Assembly: GCA_032718475.1 (NCBI GenBank)
Contig: JAUCBJ010004103.1
Span: 1-47,994 of the forward strand
Reading direction: 5' to 3'
Source of the DNA: Nemertoderma westbladi
Taxonomy: Eukaryota; Animalia; Xenacoelomorpha
DNA length: 47,994 nucleotides
Each line of letters opens with the position of its first letter. The stretch's first letter is position 1. The notes below the pieces were generated by a model. The model searched no databases. It was not told the DNA's origin and saw only the letters and a list, made by a program, of their open reading frames with translations. The position numbers were made by a program, and so were the translations under genes. Shown here piece after piece: positions 46,481 to 47,994 of the stretch.

Positions 46481-47994
46481 GTTTTCATTTCTTGTGGTAT
46501 TTACTATCTTTGTGGGTGAAGTACTGTATCAAACAAAGTTTATCGCTTGACAATTAAATAAAACTGGAAAAGATCGATTTTAATCGCTTTTTCCGATGAT
46601 AACAGTATTATTTACAACAGAGCGAATAAATACCGGTATATAAATTCCTTTCATCACAAAAATTATATTTTTTCGTGAAGATGAATTTTTAGGAGCGTTT
46701 TTGCTGAAGCGTTTATTGCTTCGCCTGGTTGTTGTAGAACGGTATTGTGATGGGATCAAGGGATCCCGACCGGGTAAATCGTCTACGCGTCACCGTTTGT
46801 CTTAGGGGTGGTGCTGGCAGTTTGGCCGAGGCCGTTGCGTTGCAGTAAAATAATCAGAGTTGATGTTGTCTCTTGATATTGGATAATAATAATGGATAAA
46901 ATGTAACAGCACAGTAAGGTGAAGCTGATAAGTGGATAACTGATGGATACCGGTATAGTGTGTGTACGTTGGTGACGGTGACGAATGTCACCGGTCTGCA
47001 CTAAGCTGATAACTGGATAACTGATTCTCAGACCGGTAGCAGGATAATATATATATATATAATTACTCCTATACTACTGTGGCCTTTCACCCAGTGGATG
47101 CCCTCCTTCGCCCCTATTGGCCAGTAACCTGCTTCACGCCTCTCACACACTCTGGGAGTGTTCCCCCCCCCCCCCCCCCCCCCTGTTGGCCCCTGCTGGT
47201 TGTTTCCTCTCCCGAGGTGATTTGACCTCTAACCTCCCTTTGTGTGGTGTTCGCGCTTTTGAAGACCTTTAGCAGTTTAACCTGCCAAAATTTATATGTC
47301 TTTTAGTTAATTAAAACACCTTTAGCATACGACAATATTTTATGCTAATACACAAAACATTAGCCGAAGTCAGCCCATGCGCGATCATTCACCCGATGGA
47401 TCTACACCCGGGAGGCTGAATTCGGATGCTTAAATTTTATTATTGCAGTGTAAGGTTGCAGTGTAAACTTACTGTATTATTCGACAGATCGTTAATAATT
47501 AATTTCTGACAGATATTATTGGCTTTCGGGAAATATTAACAGTTCCTTTAGGACGTGGCGCTCTATCTATTTAAACAGAACTAGGACTTATACTAAACGC
47601 AACGATACTGCTTATGATTAAAGTATAAAGCGTATTCTTTAGGAAATACTTTGTTACCAATCACAATCATGCACACTATTCTGCCGACCGTCAGTATATT
47701 TGATCACACATAAAGAGAGCAGCAATTGACTCATGTAGGGTCTGCTAAATAACATTAGATTCAATACACACCACATTAATATAAATCGCAATTGTTATAT
47801 ATAGCCCCTCTCTCTAACCTGTAGTGTATCAAGAAAATTAGGAAATTTGGGTGATTTATCCGTATTATCCAAAGAGCAATATTTCCATCAACAAATAGGT
47901 ACAATTAATAACTGACAGTAAAATAACAGTACAAACAATATGATTAATGCAGTTAAATTAAGTAAGTATGTTAAGATGCGTTAAGATTCGTGAG

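Overview
Repeat-rich animal (probably invertebrate) nuclear DNA; nothing prokaryotic and no CRISPR. 1-1723 is the 3' part of a CR1/L2-group LINE (minus strand), cut off by a ~18-kb decayed BEL/Pao LTR retrotransposon (1724-~19787). This element has >2.2-kb LTRs, gag-PR-RT-RNaseH-IN and three unusual extras: (i) a ~1250-codon third ORF with a WRN/EXD-type DEDDy 3'-5' exonuclease plus three CCHC knuckles instead of env, (ii) nine same-strand copies of a 20-nt hairpin (GGAAGGCTYGCGAGCCTACC) kept in two reading frames and in non-coding DNA, and (iii) a tRNA-like A/B-box segment in each LTR. 19.8-28.7 kb is a nest of non-autonomous DNA transposons, including CAGT(T/C)AGG-ended elements with 5-bp TSDs. 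29224-42242 holds a three-exon host gene, a UBALD1/2 (FAM100) homologue of 164 aa. Its first splice donor is amplified into a ~40-copy minisatellite, and its second intron holds a young 5'-truncated LINE (19-bp TSD) and a 4.5-kb 52-bp satellite. All calls were made by eye, so identities and copy numbers are estimates.
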